Translations under genes and position numbers: made by a program
In this document: positions 1 to 8,539 of the stretch, piece after piece
How the letters are laid out: each line of letters opens with the position of its first letter
How positions within the stretch are numbered: the stretch's first letter is position 1
Source of the DNA: a virus
Lineage: Duplodnaviria; Caudoviricetes
Strand: one strand, 5' to 3'
DNA: 64,000 nucleotides
Virus record (IMG/VR): IMGVR_UViG_3300027730_000005
Notes under the pieces: generated by a model
The model's input: the letters and a program-made list of their open reading frames with translations, nothing else
Database searches by the model: none
Told to the model about the DNA's origin: nothing

Positions 1-183
1 TTGATCAACTTTTTTCTCTCGTGCCCTACGTTTGGAATAGTCAGTGTCGGCTGGGTTGTTTTTGTTCTTGGCAGGTGGTCGAGTACCTGCAATTCGTTCT
101 TCTTCACTCTTGCGACGAGTAAAATAATCATTGGCAGCAGAGCCTTCAACGACTGTGGGCTTGAAAAGATTCTCAATAATCAT
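1..183 (-). CDS. Partial hypothetical protein (runs off window start); possible internal head protein
   Basis: My translation: ATG at 183, open to base 1, MIIENLFKPTVVEGSAANDYF...; starts 1 nt after the stop of 185..847; not in the ORF track. Confidence 0.6.
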   Translation of the reverse strand, partial: MIIENLFKPTVVEGSAANDYFTRRKSEEERIAGTRPPAKNKNNPADTDYSKRRAREKKVDQ

Positions 184-184
184 A

Positions 185-847
185 TTATGCTTCTTCTAAG
201 TAATCTTGGCTGGGATCTTGCAACTGTGAACGACGATGTGCTCGAAACATCTCTACTGCCATTTCAGCTTCATCTAAGTCTCTAAACTTGCTGGGCAATA
301 TACGGCCTTGATGGCGAATTTCAAATCCGCGACGTTGATCTCCCCAACACTCTAGACATGTGCCATCTTCTAATGTGATTGTTTTTACAGGACCAGATTC
401 GCCTACACTAACTGGACTCATCATGGCAGTACCTGACATCATTGGCTCTTGGGATTCTTCCTGTGACTGTTCGTCGTATTCGTCTTGATCGTCGGCCTTG
501 GCAGGATTCTTATCTTGAATTTCTTGTTTGGCTTTTTGTTCCAGCTGGTCAAGATATTGTGTGAGATCCTTCTTGACTCGGCTTAACATGTCTTCGTCGA
601 TCTCAGACATGCGTTCAGCCAATGCACTCCGAACAGGCTGAACACTATCGCCAACCATGTTTTTGCCTAATGGTTTCTTTTGATTATCACTGCCCAATAC
701 TGGTGATACGTTTTCTGGCTTGAACAATGCAGGCAGTTGCGGCACTGACTTTTGTTGCTTGTTCAGCCCTTTTTTTACCGAGACGGGAGTAATGTCTGAT
801 TCAATTACGGCCAGACGTTTTAGTATGTTTGCAATATCATAGCTCAT
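185..847 (-). CDS. Hypothetical phage protein
   Basis: 220-aa ORF coupled to dps (ATGA overlap); acidic linker region. Confidence 0.75.
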   Translation of the reverse strand: MSYDIANILKRLAVIESDITPVSVKKGLNKQQKSVPQLPALFKPENVSPVLGSDNQKKPLGKNMVGDSVQPVRSALAERMSEIDEDMLSRVKKDLTQYLDQLEQKAKQEIQDKNPAKADDQDEYDEQSQEESQEPMMSGTAMMSPVSVGESGPVKTITLEDGTCLECWGDQRRGFEIRHQGRILPSKFRDLDEAEMAVEMFRAHRRSQLQDPSQDYLEEA

Positions 848-1284
848 GCTCGTTCAACCTTCAAATAACTGTTCAGTTGCCAACGATACTTGCCATGAGC
901 ACTAAGTCGTTCTGCAATAAAATTAGCAATACCTTGTTGATTTTCTTCGTTGGCTACCGCAAAGCAAGCGTTCAGTACATCTAGCATTTGATTGTTGTTG
1001 GCGTACAATTCTTCCAACATTAATCGAGCACGTGGAATTTTGGTCTGTCCAGAAATCTCTGTGAGTTCACTATAACGTTCTAAACTTCCCGGAGCATACT
1101 CACCTAGATAGCGAATGTATTCTGCTGTGGGATCTAGTGCTGAGTAAGCATCTTCGTAAATGTTTTGAAAGAAATCATGCAATTCTCCAAAGTCGGGACC
1201 TTCTACATTCCAGTGAAATTGATGTGCTTTTAAGTAGTAGGCAAAATTAGTTGCCAGGAGTGTTTTTAAATTGTCCGCGAGCAT
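844..1284 (-). CDS. dps: Dps/ferritin-like DNA-protecting protein
   Basis: YLKAHQFHWNVEGPDFGELHDFF...D..AE ferroxidase motif; start reset to ATG 1284 with AAGGA SD. Confidence 0.93.
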   Translation of the reverse strand: MLADNLKTLLATNFAYYLKAHQFHWNVEGPDFGELHDFFQNIYEDAYSALDPTAEYIRYLGEYAPGSLERYSELTEISGQTKIPRARLMLEELYANNNQMLDVLNACFAVANEENQQGIANFIAERLSAHGKYRWQLNSYLKVERA

Positions 1285-1459
1285 GCTTGTTCCTTTTGTA
1301 TTCCTTGGGCGTGTTAGGCGTCGGGTCCGTTGTGTATTTACCACTCAGCATAGAACCGCCTTGTCTTGTTTGTATACCCATTGGTTGAACTAACACTGCC
1401 ATAGAGCCAGTGCTGGAGCTGCCTGCGCTTGCGTCTTCCATTATTTCATGTGCTCTCAT
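1247..1459 (-). CDS. Small protein with CTS-like leader (MRAHEIME)
   Basis: ORF track 1247..1465; leader resembles neighbouring genes. Confidence 0.6.
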   Translation of the reverse strand: MRAHEIMEDASAGSSSTGSMAVLVQPMGIQTRQGGSMLSGKYTTDPTPNTPKEYKRNKHARGQFKNTPGN

Positions 1460-1748
1460 GTTCAATCCTTAACAATGTGTGGTTCACCATGTGTGCGCCC
1501 GGCGGTCCATCTTTGATGCATGTATTGCTCACTTGAATGCGCCCTTGTGCCGGCGGAACCAATTCTCGGCGTAATTCATATTCGCCCGGCGGTGCATAAA
1601 TCTGTATTAGTTCTTCTAGATACTCTTCTCGCCAGACCCATGTACGTTCTGAAAACAATTCTCCGCCTACATATAGTCTATAATTAGGTGACGGTCCGTC
1701 CCAGTCGACTGAAACATCAGCATTGATCAACACAAACTGTGCAGTCAT
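1446..1748 (-). CDS. Hypothetical protein
   Basis: 100-aa ORF coupled to upstream gene (ATGA overlap). Confidence 0.7.
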   Translation of the reverse strand: MTAQFVLINADVSVDWDGPSPNYRLYVGGELFSERTWVWREEYLEELIQIYAPPGEYELRRELVPPAQGRIQVSNTCIKDGPPGAHMVNHTLLRIEHEST

Positions 1749-2038
1749 GTGTCGGATATGTCAGGAGTAACTGCTCGGTGCAGACGATGTCTTGATGCAG
1801 AACTTAAAAGATGATCATCGTCAGAGTCTGGTTCATATCCACCATAACGACTCGGGTCGGCACGATGTTTAATTCCAGTTTTGAGTTTTTCTATTTTGCC
1901 CATTTTAACTGGGGTTTTGTCTGGTGGAGAATTTGGACCACGGCGACCACTGTTAGAATTACCAGCTTCCTCAACATTCTTTTCGCCTAGGAATCCCATA
2001 CCTTCACGTGGGTGATTAAATAGTTCGTATATCAACAT
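1745..2038 (-). CDS. Hypothetical protein, leader MLIYELF
   Basis: 97-aa ORF fitting the operon. Confidence 0.65.
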   Translation of the reverse strand: MLIYELFNHPREGMGFLGEKNVEEAGNSNSGRRGPNSPPDKTPVKMGKIEKLKTGIKHRADPSRYGGYEPDSDDDHLLSSASRHRLHRAVTPDISDT

Positions 2039-2040
2039 GA

Positions 2041-2367
2041 TTATTCAGTCCAGGGCAGTGGAAGTATTACCACTGGAGGGATAATCTGCAAGTCAATTTG
2101 ATCTTGTACTTGTAACTCTACAGCGTTTTTATCGACACCATTGGTCCAGATCCAGTCAAGCACTTGTTGTTGTGTTAGATCAACGTAAGGTGTAAAAGAT
2201 GCAGAAGCCAACGGAATCTCGCAGGCGGCGAGTGCTGATACCCGGGCGCTGTAGCCGTCTTGTACACCACTGCATGCCCAATAAACTCCAAATACCACAT
2301 CCGGATAACCGTCTGCTTCGGGATAGCATGTCATCTCAGTCACGGTCCAATTGATTGTTGCGGCCAT
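2041..2367 (-). CDS. Hypothetical phage protein (possible tail-associated)
   Basis: 108-aa ORF with typical small phage protein composition. Confidence 0.7.
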   Translation of the reverse strand: MAATINWTVTEMTCYPEADGYPDVVFGVYWACSGVQDGYSARVSALAACEIPLASASFTPYVDLTQQQVLDWIWTNGVDKNAVELQVQDQIDLQIIPPVVILPLPWTE

Positions 2368-2390
2368 TGTAATTTACTTTCTAAAATCTG

Positions 2391-3035
2391 TTATGCCATC
2401 TGCGTGGAAGGAGACAATGCTGCGGCCAGGGCCATACGTTTTTGTCTATGTGCGCCCGAACTTCGTTCATAGTATTGATCTACAATAGCAGCAGCATCTT
2501 CTGCTGTTTTTGCACTCTTCAATCTTTGCCCTGCGTTTGCTTCCTTGTTGTTCAATTCGTACTGTACAAACTCTAATTGGTCTTGTAAGCTAGAATCTTG
2601 TAATGGTTTACGCATTGCATTAGCAAAATCTTGTTGTCGTGATCCGCGCCATTGTGCAATACCATATGCTTTCTCGCCGGGATTCCATGCAGCAGGATTG
2701 AGATTTTGACCTGATTCTGCTTGTAGGTTGGCCACTAGTCCAGCAGCTTGTTCAGGTGACCATCCTTGTTGCATAAAGTAGTCTAGAGCAATTTTTGCAT
2801 TGCCTGCTGTGCCACCACCTGCTCTATTAGATGGTCCAGACATACCAGATCCAGGCAAACGTATTCGAGATCCAGGCTGAATATCATTAGCACTAGCAAA
2901 CTGTGGATTTTGCCACATGATGCCATCTACTGTGGTATCGTAGGACTTTGCTATGTTCGGCAAGGAATCTCCAGATCTCACAGTATAGATATTGTTAGAG
3001 CTAGTGGCTTCAGACAAGAAATCAAATAACTTCAT
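2391..3035 (-). CDS. LysM + phage tail lysozyme-like muramidase
   Basis: YTVRSGDSLPNIAKSY LysM; GLVANLQAES...AYGIAQWRGSR lysozyme motif; leader MKLFDFLSE. Confidence 0.85.
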   Translation of the reverse strand: MKLFDFLSEATSSNNIYTVRSGDSLPNIAKSYDTTVDGIMWQNPQFASANDIQPGSRIRLPGSGMSGPSNRAGGGTAGNAKIALDYFMQQGWSPEQAAGLVANLQAESGQNLNPAAWNPGEKAYGIAQWRGSRQQDFANAMRKPLQDSSLQDQLEFVQYELNNKEANAGQRLKSAKTAEDAAAIVDQYYERSSGAHRQKRMALAAALSPSTQMA

Positions 3036-3036
3036 A

Positions 3037-3999
3037 TTACCCTTTTAACATGGTAGACATGCGACGCATTTGATCCACGCTGTATTCAAAATTTGATTGT
3101 TTACTAGTGCTTTCTTGAAGTTTTGCCGGTGCTGTGCCGCCTGCTGGTATACCTAATTTTGCTCTACCTTGATCAATTACAGAAGGCTGTGTTGCTATTC
3201 TTTGACTAACTGACTGATTAGTTGGATTTGCTGGTGCCGCTGGTTTTGTTGGAGTAGCAGCCTGACCCGTCATATTAGCGGGCGGCGCCTTGGCGTAGCT
3301 GCTACGCTCTTGAGCCGAGGCTGGTCCTCTGAGGTTAGCTGCAGGGCCGCCAGGTTTTTGTGCAGACAAAATAGCGCCTGCTGTGGTAGGCCCAATAATA
3401 CCGTCAGCCGTTAAACCGTTAGCTGTTTGAAATTTCTTAATAGCATCAACATTTGGTTTATTATTCGTTAATAGTCCCATTCTAGATGCATACGCAGCGA
3501 TTGCAGGGGACATTGATTTATTAGCAGCTGGCTTAGCTGGACTTGCTGCTTGTGTAGGTGCTGCTGGTGTAGATGCGGCAGCATTGACTGCCGCTGCTTG
3601 TCCCATACTCATATCTGTAGCACTTGCAGCAGTATCGGCAGCATTGACTGCCGCTGCTTGTCCCATACTCATATCTGTAGCACTTGCAGCAGTATCGGCA
3701 GCATTGACTGCACCTGCTTGTCCCATACTCATATCTGTAGCACCTGCAACAGCGTCAGCCTTGTCAGCGGCAGCCTGTGCTGCTGCCTCTTCACCGGGAT
3801 TACCTACTCCAGTTGCAGAACTTGTTGCTGCTGGTTTACCTTTATTTGGTGCTCGCATGGCAATGTAAGGGTCATTGATGTCGGGTTTGCCGCCACCGCG
3901 GGTGTACCATGCTTGATCTTCTGGACTCATGGCTGCAAATTTGGCAGCATCGGCACCTTGGTACGGATTTGCTTCTCTTAAAAATTCTATTGATCTCAT
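3037..3999 (-). CDS. Ala-rich protein with peptidoglycan-binding domain
   Basis: IKKFQTANGLTADGIIGPTT PG-binding motif; leader MRSIEFLRE; 20-aa tandem repeats. Confidence 0.75.
   Translation of the reverse strand: MRSIEFLREANPYQGADAAKFAAMSPEDQAWYTRGGGKPDINDPYIAMRAPNKGKPAATSSATGVGNPGEEAAAQAAADKADAVAGATDMSMGQAGAVNAADTAASATDMSMGQAAAVNAADTAASATDMSMGQAAAVNAAASTPAAPTQAASPAKPAANKSMSPAIAAYASRMGLLTNNKPNVDAIKKFQTANGLTADGIIGPTTAGAILSAQKPGGPAANLRGPASAQERSSYAKAPPANMTGQAATPTKPAAPANPTNQSVSQRIATQPSVIDQGRAKLGIPAGGTAPAKLQESTSKQSNFEYSVDQMRRMSTMLKG
3576..3750. repeat. 60-bp tandem repeat, ~3 copies (in-frame 20 aa)
   Basis: gcattgactgccgctgcttgtcccatactcatatctgtagcacttgcagcagtatcggca recurs with 60-nt period. 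Confidence 0.95.
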
Positions 4000-4037
4000 G
4001 TGATATTCCTTTATGAATGACCTATGCTTTATTTATT

Positions 4038-4679
4038 CTATTTGCCCTGTGCTGCCAATCTTGCACCATTGTTAAAACTGTTGCTGTGACTGGCAGCATT
4101 TCTGTTGCCACGTGCTTTTGACCATGCATAACCAGCTCTGTGCCCAGAACAATCTTTGGTGCAAGGCGACCCCAAAAATGATAATTCATCCAACTCTTGT
4201 TTTCCAGTGTATCGTTTAATTATGGACATTGATTCCTGATCATTCAACAGAGATGCTAATCCAGGATGTAGTGGGCGTGGCCAGTCGCCAAACTCTACCC
4301 ATTCAGATCCTTGAGTTTCCCAATTTAACATTGGTTTAAATTCGTGAGCTACTATGGCTAAAAAATTGTAGTATCTAAATCCCGACGGATGCCTGAACAC
4401 ATACAACGGGATCAGTTTAAGTGGGCCGTTATACCCTGCTTCTTCTTTGACTTCTCGTTTGACAGCATGTGCTGGATTTTCACCAGCGTCGATTGCACCG
4501 CCCCATGTTCCCCAGGTGTTAGGTTGCTCCACTTGTGATGATCTATGAGCTATACAAATCCGATTGGTATCGGCTGCCAGGAACAAACAACCAGCAGCTT
4601 GCTTGCCCCAGAATCCTGTTTTCTCCAAAGCATCACGATGTTCTTTATCTGACTCAGTCACAAATTCGGTTGCTCTCAT
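4038..4679 (-). CDS. NUDIX hydrolase with C-terminal Cys-containing module
   Basis: Nudix box GGAIDAGENPAHAVKREVKEEAG; leader MRATEFVTE; tail CTKDCSGHRAGYAW. Confidence 0.9.
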   Translation of the reverse strand: MRATEFVTESDKEHRDALEKTGFWGKQAAGCLFLAADTNRICIAHRSSQVEQPNTWGTWGGAIDAGENPAHAVKREVKEEAGYNGPLKLIPLYVFRHPSGFRYYNFLAIVAHEFKPMLNWETQGSEWVEFGDWPRPLHPGLASLLNDQESMSIIKRYTGKQELDELSFLGSPCTKDCSGHRAGYAWSKARGNRNAASHSNSFNNGARLAAQGK

Positions 4680-5155
4680 TTGGCATCTCCAAAGATTGGT
4701 CCACCGACATACTGACCATTCTGACTTAACACACCATTGCGTAGATTGTTGATAATGTTATCAGTGATGTTTCTGCGACGGAAATGCGGCAAAAAAATAT
4801 GTGTTTCTACAGGACGATCGCCCTGCTCTGCTTGGATAGCATACATCCTGTGACGCCCGTCATGATCACGCACCTTGGCTTCTAAATTGAAATCATCGTT
4901 CTCCCAAGCTTCAGGAACTGCTATGGTTAAAAACGGTGCTCCAAACCCTTTATCATTGATCTGTCGGCGTAGATATTGTATAGTTTCTTTTTCGTCAGGA
5001 GAGTTAACATCCAAGGGCAAGCTGAGTTTGAGGAATGTGCTGGGTCGCATGACTGTGCGTAGACCAAAGTAATCTACATCAGCATTGTGCGGAACAGCAC
5101 CGAGACCTTGCCGATTGTCTATCTTTAGTTCCGTTATGAATTCCTTTGATCTCAT
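4676..5155 (-). CDS. ParB/Srx-like domain protein
   Basis: DHDGRHRMYAI motif; leader MRSKEFITE. Confidence 0.6.
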   Translation of the reverse strand: MRSKEFITELKIDNRQGLGAVPHNADVDYFGLRTVMRPSTFLKLSLPLDVNSPDEKETIQYLRRQINDKGFGAPFLTIAVPEAWENDDFNLEAKVRDHDGRHRMYAIQAEQGDRPVETHIFLPHFRRRNITDNIINNLRNGVLSQNGQYVGGPIFGDAK

Positions 5156-5355
5156 GTGTCTATCCTGTGTACATTGGTCACTATGCTGTCTTTGCCGTAT
5201 TGAGCTTGCAGTAATAATCGAGCCATGGCAGGTGACTTGGCAAATATAGCCACATCTATACTGGTAGTATACGAAGGATTTTTGACCCGCACAGACGCAC
5301 TATACACATGAAATCCCGGAAGCAAGTCTTCACAGAGAAATTCTGTTGCTCTCAT
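5152..5355 (-). CDS. Small protein with CTS-like leader MRATEFLCE
   Basis: Start reset to ATG 5355 (TGATG overlap with upstream gene). Confidence 0.75.
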   Translation of the reverse strand: MRATEFLCEDLLPGFHVYSASVRVKNPSYTTSIDVAIFAKSPAMARLLLQAQYGKDSIVTNVHRIDT

Positions 5356-7064
5356 CAGCAGTTCCACTTTCTCAACGCTAATGCTTTGCGTGTGGGTTTG
5401 CCATTGGGTTTTTTCATTGGCCCTTTGACTCCGCCCATCCTGGCACAGAATGATTTACGACGCTTGGCTGCTTTTGATCCTGGCTTGAGTTTGCTGGGCT
5501 TGGTAGTAACTGCCATTTGTAATTTTGAGCCTGGATTCTCTCTACGATAGCTAGCAACACCTTTGGCATTGAGACCGCCCTTTTTGCTCTTACCTGCGCT
5601 TCTACGCCAAGCTGCTGTTTCAAGAATGATTTCTTCATCGGTGAAGAAGTTGAATATGTCTTCAGTAAGACCACGATCAGCCATGGCCTGTTCAAAGTCA
5701 TCAAATATTGCATGGGCTTGTTCTAGGCTGTATACGCTTTCTGTTACACCTTCCTCTACACCCGACTGCATCTGTTGTTTGACTGCACGAGCAACATCTC
5801 CCGCCAATGCGCCAGGGTCATTATCGCCACCGTAGTTGAGCACACTCATGATTGCATTGTGAATCACACGGTCATCTGCACGACGAGCCATATTGGGATA
5901 CATGCGCTCAAACTCAGCATACACTTGATCAGCTAGGTCATCGTATTCACCGTTGAAGCCTTCATCCAGGCCATCTGCTTGTACAGCCCCTTCGCCGTCG
6001 GCATCAAAAGCTACCATTTCTACTTTGGGCCACATACGTGCAGGCACATACAGAATACCCGAAGTTTCGTCATGATCGATCTGGTCGCCAAAGCGAGCCA
6101 TTACTGCATTATATGCCCGTTCACTGTTAACGCTAAAACCCACAGTGTCCGTATCGTCAATACCGCTGTATCCGCCTTCCGCCACACCTTGCTTCTTGAG
6201 AATATCCAGTGCGTGTTTTTCCATCTGTTTTTTGGTAATAGGTTTACCGGGTGCTTCCTTACCTTTGAAATAATCAGAACCTTTTTTATCTCTTGAACCA
6301 TAGGTGCTGTGACTTACTTTGCCATCACGACCGGGTTGTGGTGCTGATTTGTCCATTTCATTCAAGCCTTCCGCCACACCTTGCTCACTTGCTTTGGCTT
6401 TGGCTTCGGCCCTGGTACGACTGTATCCCCGTGCTGTTGCTTCTCGTTCTTGGTTAGGATATATAGATATTGCAAACATTTTTCCATCTTTAACAAAGTA
6501 CCAATCTGTTGGATCTAGATCGTGTCTTTCGTCATCACCGCGATTGAACGCTCCCCTTACTCCGCGGAAAGGCCTGCCTCTGCCTTCCGCCACACTTTCT
6601 TTTTTGGCAGTCTTTGCAGCATCTTTCCAGGCCTGTGCTGTGGGGGCCTTGGGGCTGTCGGCATCTCTACTGGTACCGGCCTTCTTGCGCTTGTTTACAT
6701 TGTAGTATAACCCTTTGTTCTCCTCTGAGATACTTTCGTTAGGCACACAGTTTCTTACCTGCTTGCCAGTCACAGCTGACTTTTTTGTGCCTTCTGCATG
6801 TTTTCCTGGCCAGCACTTGGTGTAACCATTGCTATCTTTCTGACCCTTTTTGATCTCCATGATATTGCCGTGTGTTTTGCACATACCACAGTCTTCACAC
6901 ACCATTTCCATCACAACACTTTCGTTGTGTTTCTTCTTGCCAGCACAATGAGCACGTTGCGAAAAGCCTTTTGGATGAGAGCAATTGATACTGCTTTTGT
7001 ATTTTTGACTCCAGCCTTCATCTAATTTTTTGATTTTTCCAGTTATAAATTCATTTGATTTCAT
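5355..7064 (-). CDS. Modular protein of small basic/Cys-containing domains joined by acidic GVAEG-type linkers; putative internal head polyprotein
   Basis: 569 aa; modules such as INCSHPKGFSQRAHC, KCWPG, GGLNAKGVASY...RRKSFCARM; leader MKSNEFIT. Confidence 0.8.
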   Translation of the reverse strand: MKSNEFITGKIKKLDEGWSQKYKSSINCSHPKGFSQRAHCAGKKKHNESVVMEMVCEDCGMCKTHGNIMEIKKGQKDSNGYTKCWPGKHAEGTKKSAVTGKQVRNCVPNESISEENKGLYYNVNKRKKAGTSRDADSPKAPTAQAWKDAAKTAKKESVAEGRGRPFRGVRGAFNRGDDERHDLDPTDWYFVKDGKMFAISIYPNQEREATARGYSRTRAEAKAKASEQGVAEGLNEMDKSAPQPGRDGKVSHSTYGSRDKKGSDYFKGKEAPGKPITKKQMEKHALDILKKQGVAEGGYSGIDDTDTVGFSVNSERAYNAVMARFGDQIDHDETSGILYVPARMWPKVEMVAFDADGEGAVQADGLDEGFNGEYDDLADQVYAEFERMYPNMARRADDRVIHNAIMSVLNYGGDNDPGALAGDVARAVKQQMQSGVEEGVTESVYSLEQAHAIFDDFEQAMADRGLTEDIFNFFTDEEIILETAAWRRSAGKSKKGGLNAKGVASYRRENPGSKLQMAVTTKPSKLKPGSKAAKRRKSFCARMGGVKGPMKKPNGKPTRKALALRKWNC

Positions 7065-7088
7065 TTAGTTCACCTTTTTCTAACAGTT

Positions 7089-8174
7089 TCATTTGTTTTT
7101 TGCTCTTCCAGCTTTCATATTGGCCAACCAGTGTGCCATGCGTTGTTTTTCACCAGAACTGTTCTTGGCAGTTTTTCTCAAACTACTTACACTGGCTTTG
7201 GTATTTACTCCCACACGTTTGGCCAGACCCTTGCGTCCAGGATTACGGCCGTCAGCAAAGTTTTCGTCAACCGAAGACTCATTGGATGTTGCAACAGGTT
7301 GTTTGGCCTTGTAGATATCTTCCCATTTGTCTGAAATAGCATTCTTTAATTCCAGCGTGGATTTAAAATTATTGTCTTGCATATACTTAATTATCCACAC
7401 AGCACTAGCACGGTCTCCTGAATCAGGCTTGCGAGCATTGCTTAGATCCACGCTGAGATTTTGATCTTCTGATGGATTACCATAGTACCGCATGGTCTTT
7501 AACGCACGTTTTGCTCTATCACTTAGATGTGCTTCGTCGCTCTTGGTAATTAACTCAATCCAGGGCTTTACAAAGTCTGTGGGCTTGCGGGACGATCCAG
7601 CTGGTGTTGGTCCACGTAATACATCACGGGATTGGCCTGGTATCTGTGCTCGACGTTTGTTCAGCAATCGCCATGCTGCTTCGTCTGTGTAGAAAAACAC
7701 AGGTAAGCCTTGTTGCTTGGCTGTGATCAGGATCTGTCGTGTTTCTGGACTGCGATATTCATCTTGTTCTTTGAGCAACACATGAACTTCAGTCACAGGA
7801 GTGATTGGAATAGTGGGCTCTTTGCTAAACACACGGTCTTCTGCTTCTCTGGTTCTTGTACCATTGCTGTGTAACCATGCACGGTCCCAGTAGTCAATGG
7901 GTTTCACAATGTATCGAGAGTTAAACCAGTCACCATTGAGTTTGAACATCACAGCGCCTGATCCCACCCAGCGATGATAATCGCCAGTTATTGTTCGTGT
8001 CAAACTAAGAAAGTATGGATATCCAGCAGGAGCATACTGTTCTTCGCTGCGATTGCCGGTCACGCTGGCCAATTCAAAGTTGCCGGATTGCAGTATTCTT
8101 AACCCAGCTCTGATACTGGTGTAATGAAACAATACATCAGTTGCTCGTTCAATTAAAAATTCCGTTGCTCTCAT
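7089..8174 (-). CDS. Putative ADP-ribosyltransferase-fold protein with basic C-terminal module
   Basis: LFHYTS...ILQSG...FLSLTR pattern typical of ART-fold strands; leader MRATEFLIE. Confidence 0.5.
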   Translation of the reverse strand: MRATEFLIERATDVLFHYTSIRAGLRILQSGNFELASVTGNRSEEQYAPAGYPYFLSLTRTITGDYHRWVGSGAVMFKLNGDWFNSRYIVKPIDYWDRAWLHSNGTRTREAEDRVFSKEPTIPITPVTEVHVLLKEQDEYRSPETRQILITAKQQGLPVFFYTDEAAWRLLNKRRAQIPGQSRDVLRGPTPAGSSRKPTDFVKPWIELITKSDEAHLSDRAKRALKTMRYYGNPSEDQNLSVDLSNARKPDSGDRASAVWIIKYMQDNNFKSTLELKNAISDKWEDIYKAKQPVATSNESSVDENFADGRNPGRKGLAKRVGVNTKASVSSLRKTAKNSSGEKQRMAHWLANMKAGRAKNK

Positions 8175-8539
8175 TATACATACCTTGCTAGTTCATCTTC
8201 ACCTAAATCTTGTATGCGATTGGGCGGGATTTTAGTTGTGGAGAAGTACCATCCGTGGTCATATGTCAATGGAATACCCGTCACATCAATTTGCAACAAT
8301 GTCAATGGATCATCGCTACCCTCTGACTTGGCGTACATCCATCCACCGACCATACTTAGTTCTCTTTGTAACTTGACCTTATCACCTTCGTCTACAACCA
8401 TAAATGCTTTGCCATCATACGGATCTAGCCCAGCATATAGAATTTCTTCTGCGTTTTCAGTACTGGTAATATGGTACGCAGTTTTAAACTCATGGTCATG
8501 ATGTGTCCTTGATTCAGTGACAAATTCAGTTGCTCTCAT
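8174..8539 (-). CDS. Small putative ART/Tpt1-like fold protein
   Basis: AYHITSTENAEEILYAGL...LLQID; start reset to 8539 (MRATEFVTE, ATGA overlap). Confidence 0.5.
   Translation of the reverse strand: MRATEFVTESRTHHDHEFKTAYHITSTENAEEILYAGLDPYDGKAFMVVDEGDKVKLQRELSMVGGWMYAKSEGSDDPLTLLQIDVTGIPLTYDHGWYFSTTKIPPNRIQDLGEDELARYV

Noticed and set aside
3550-3981. Plus-strand Cys-rich ORFs
   Set aside because: Antisense shadows of the 60-bp repeat gene.
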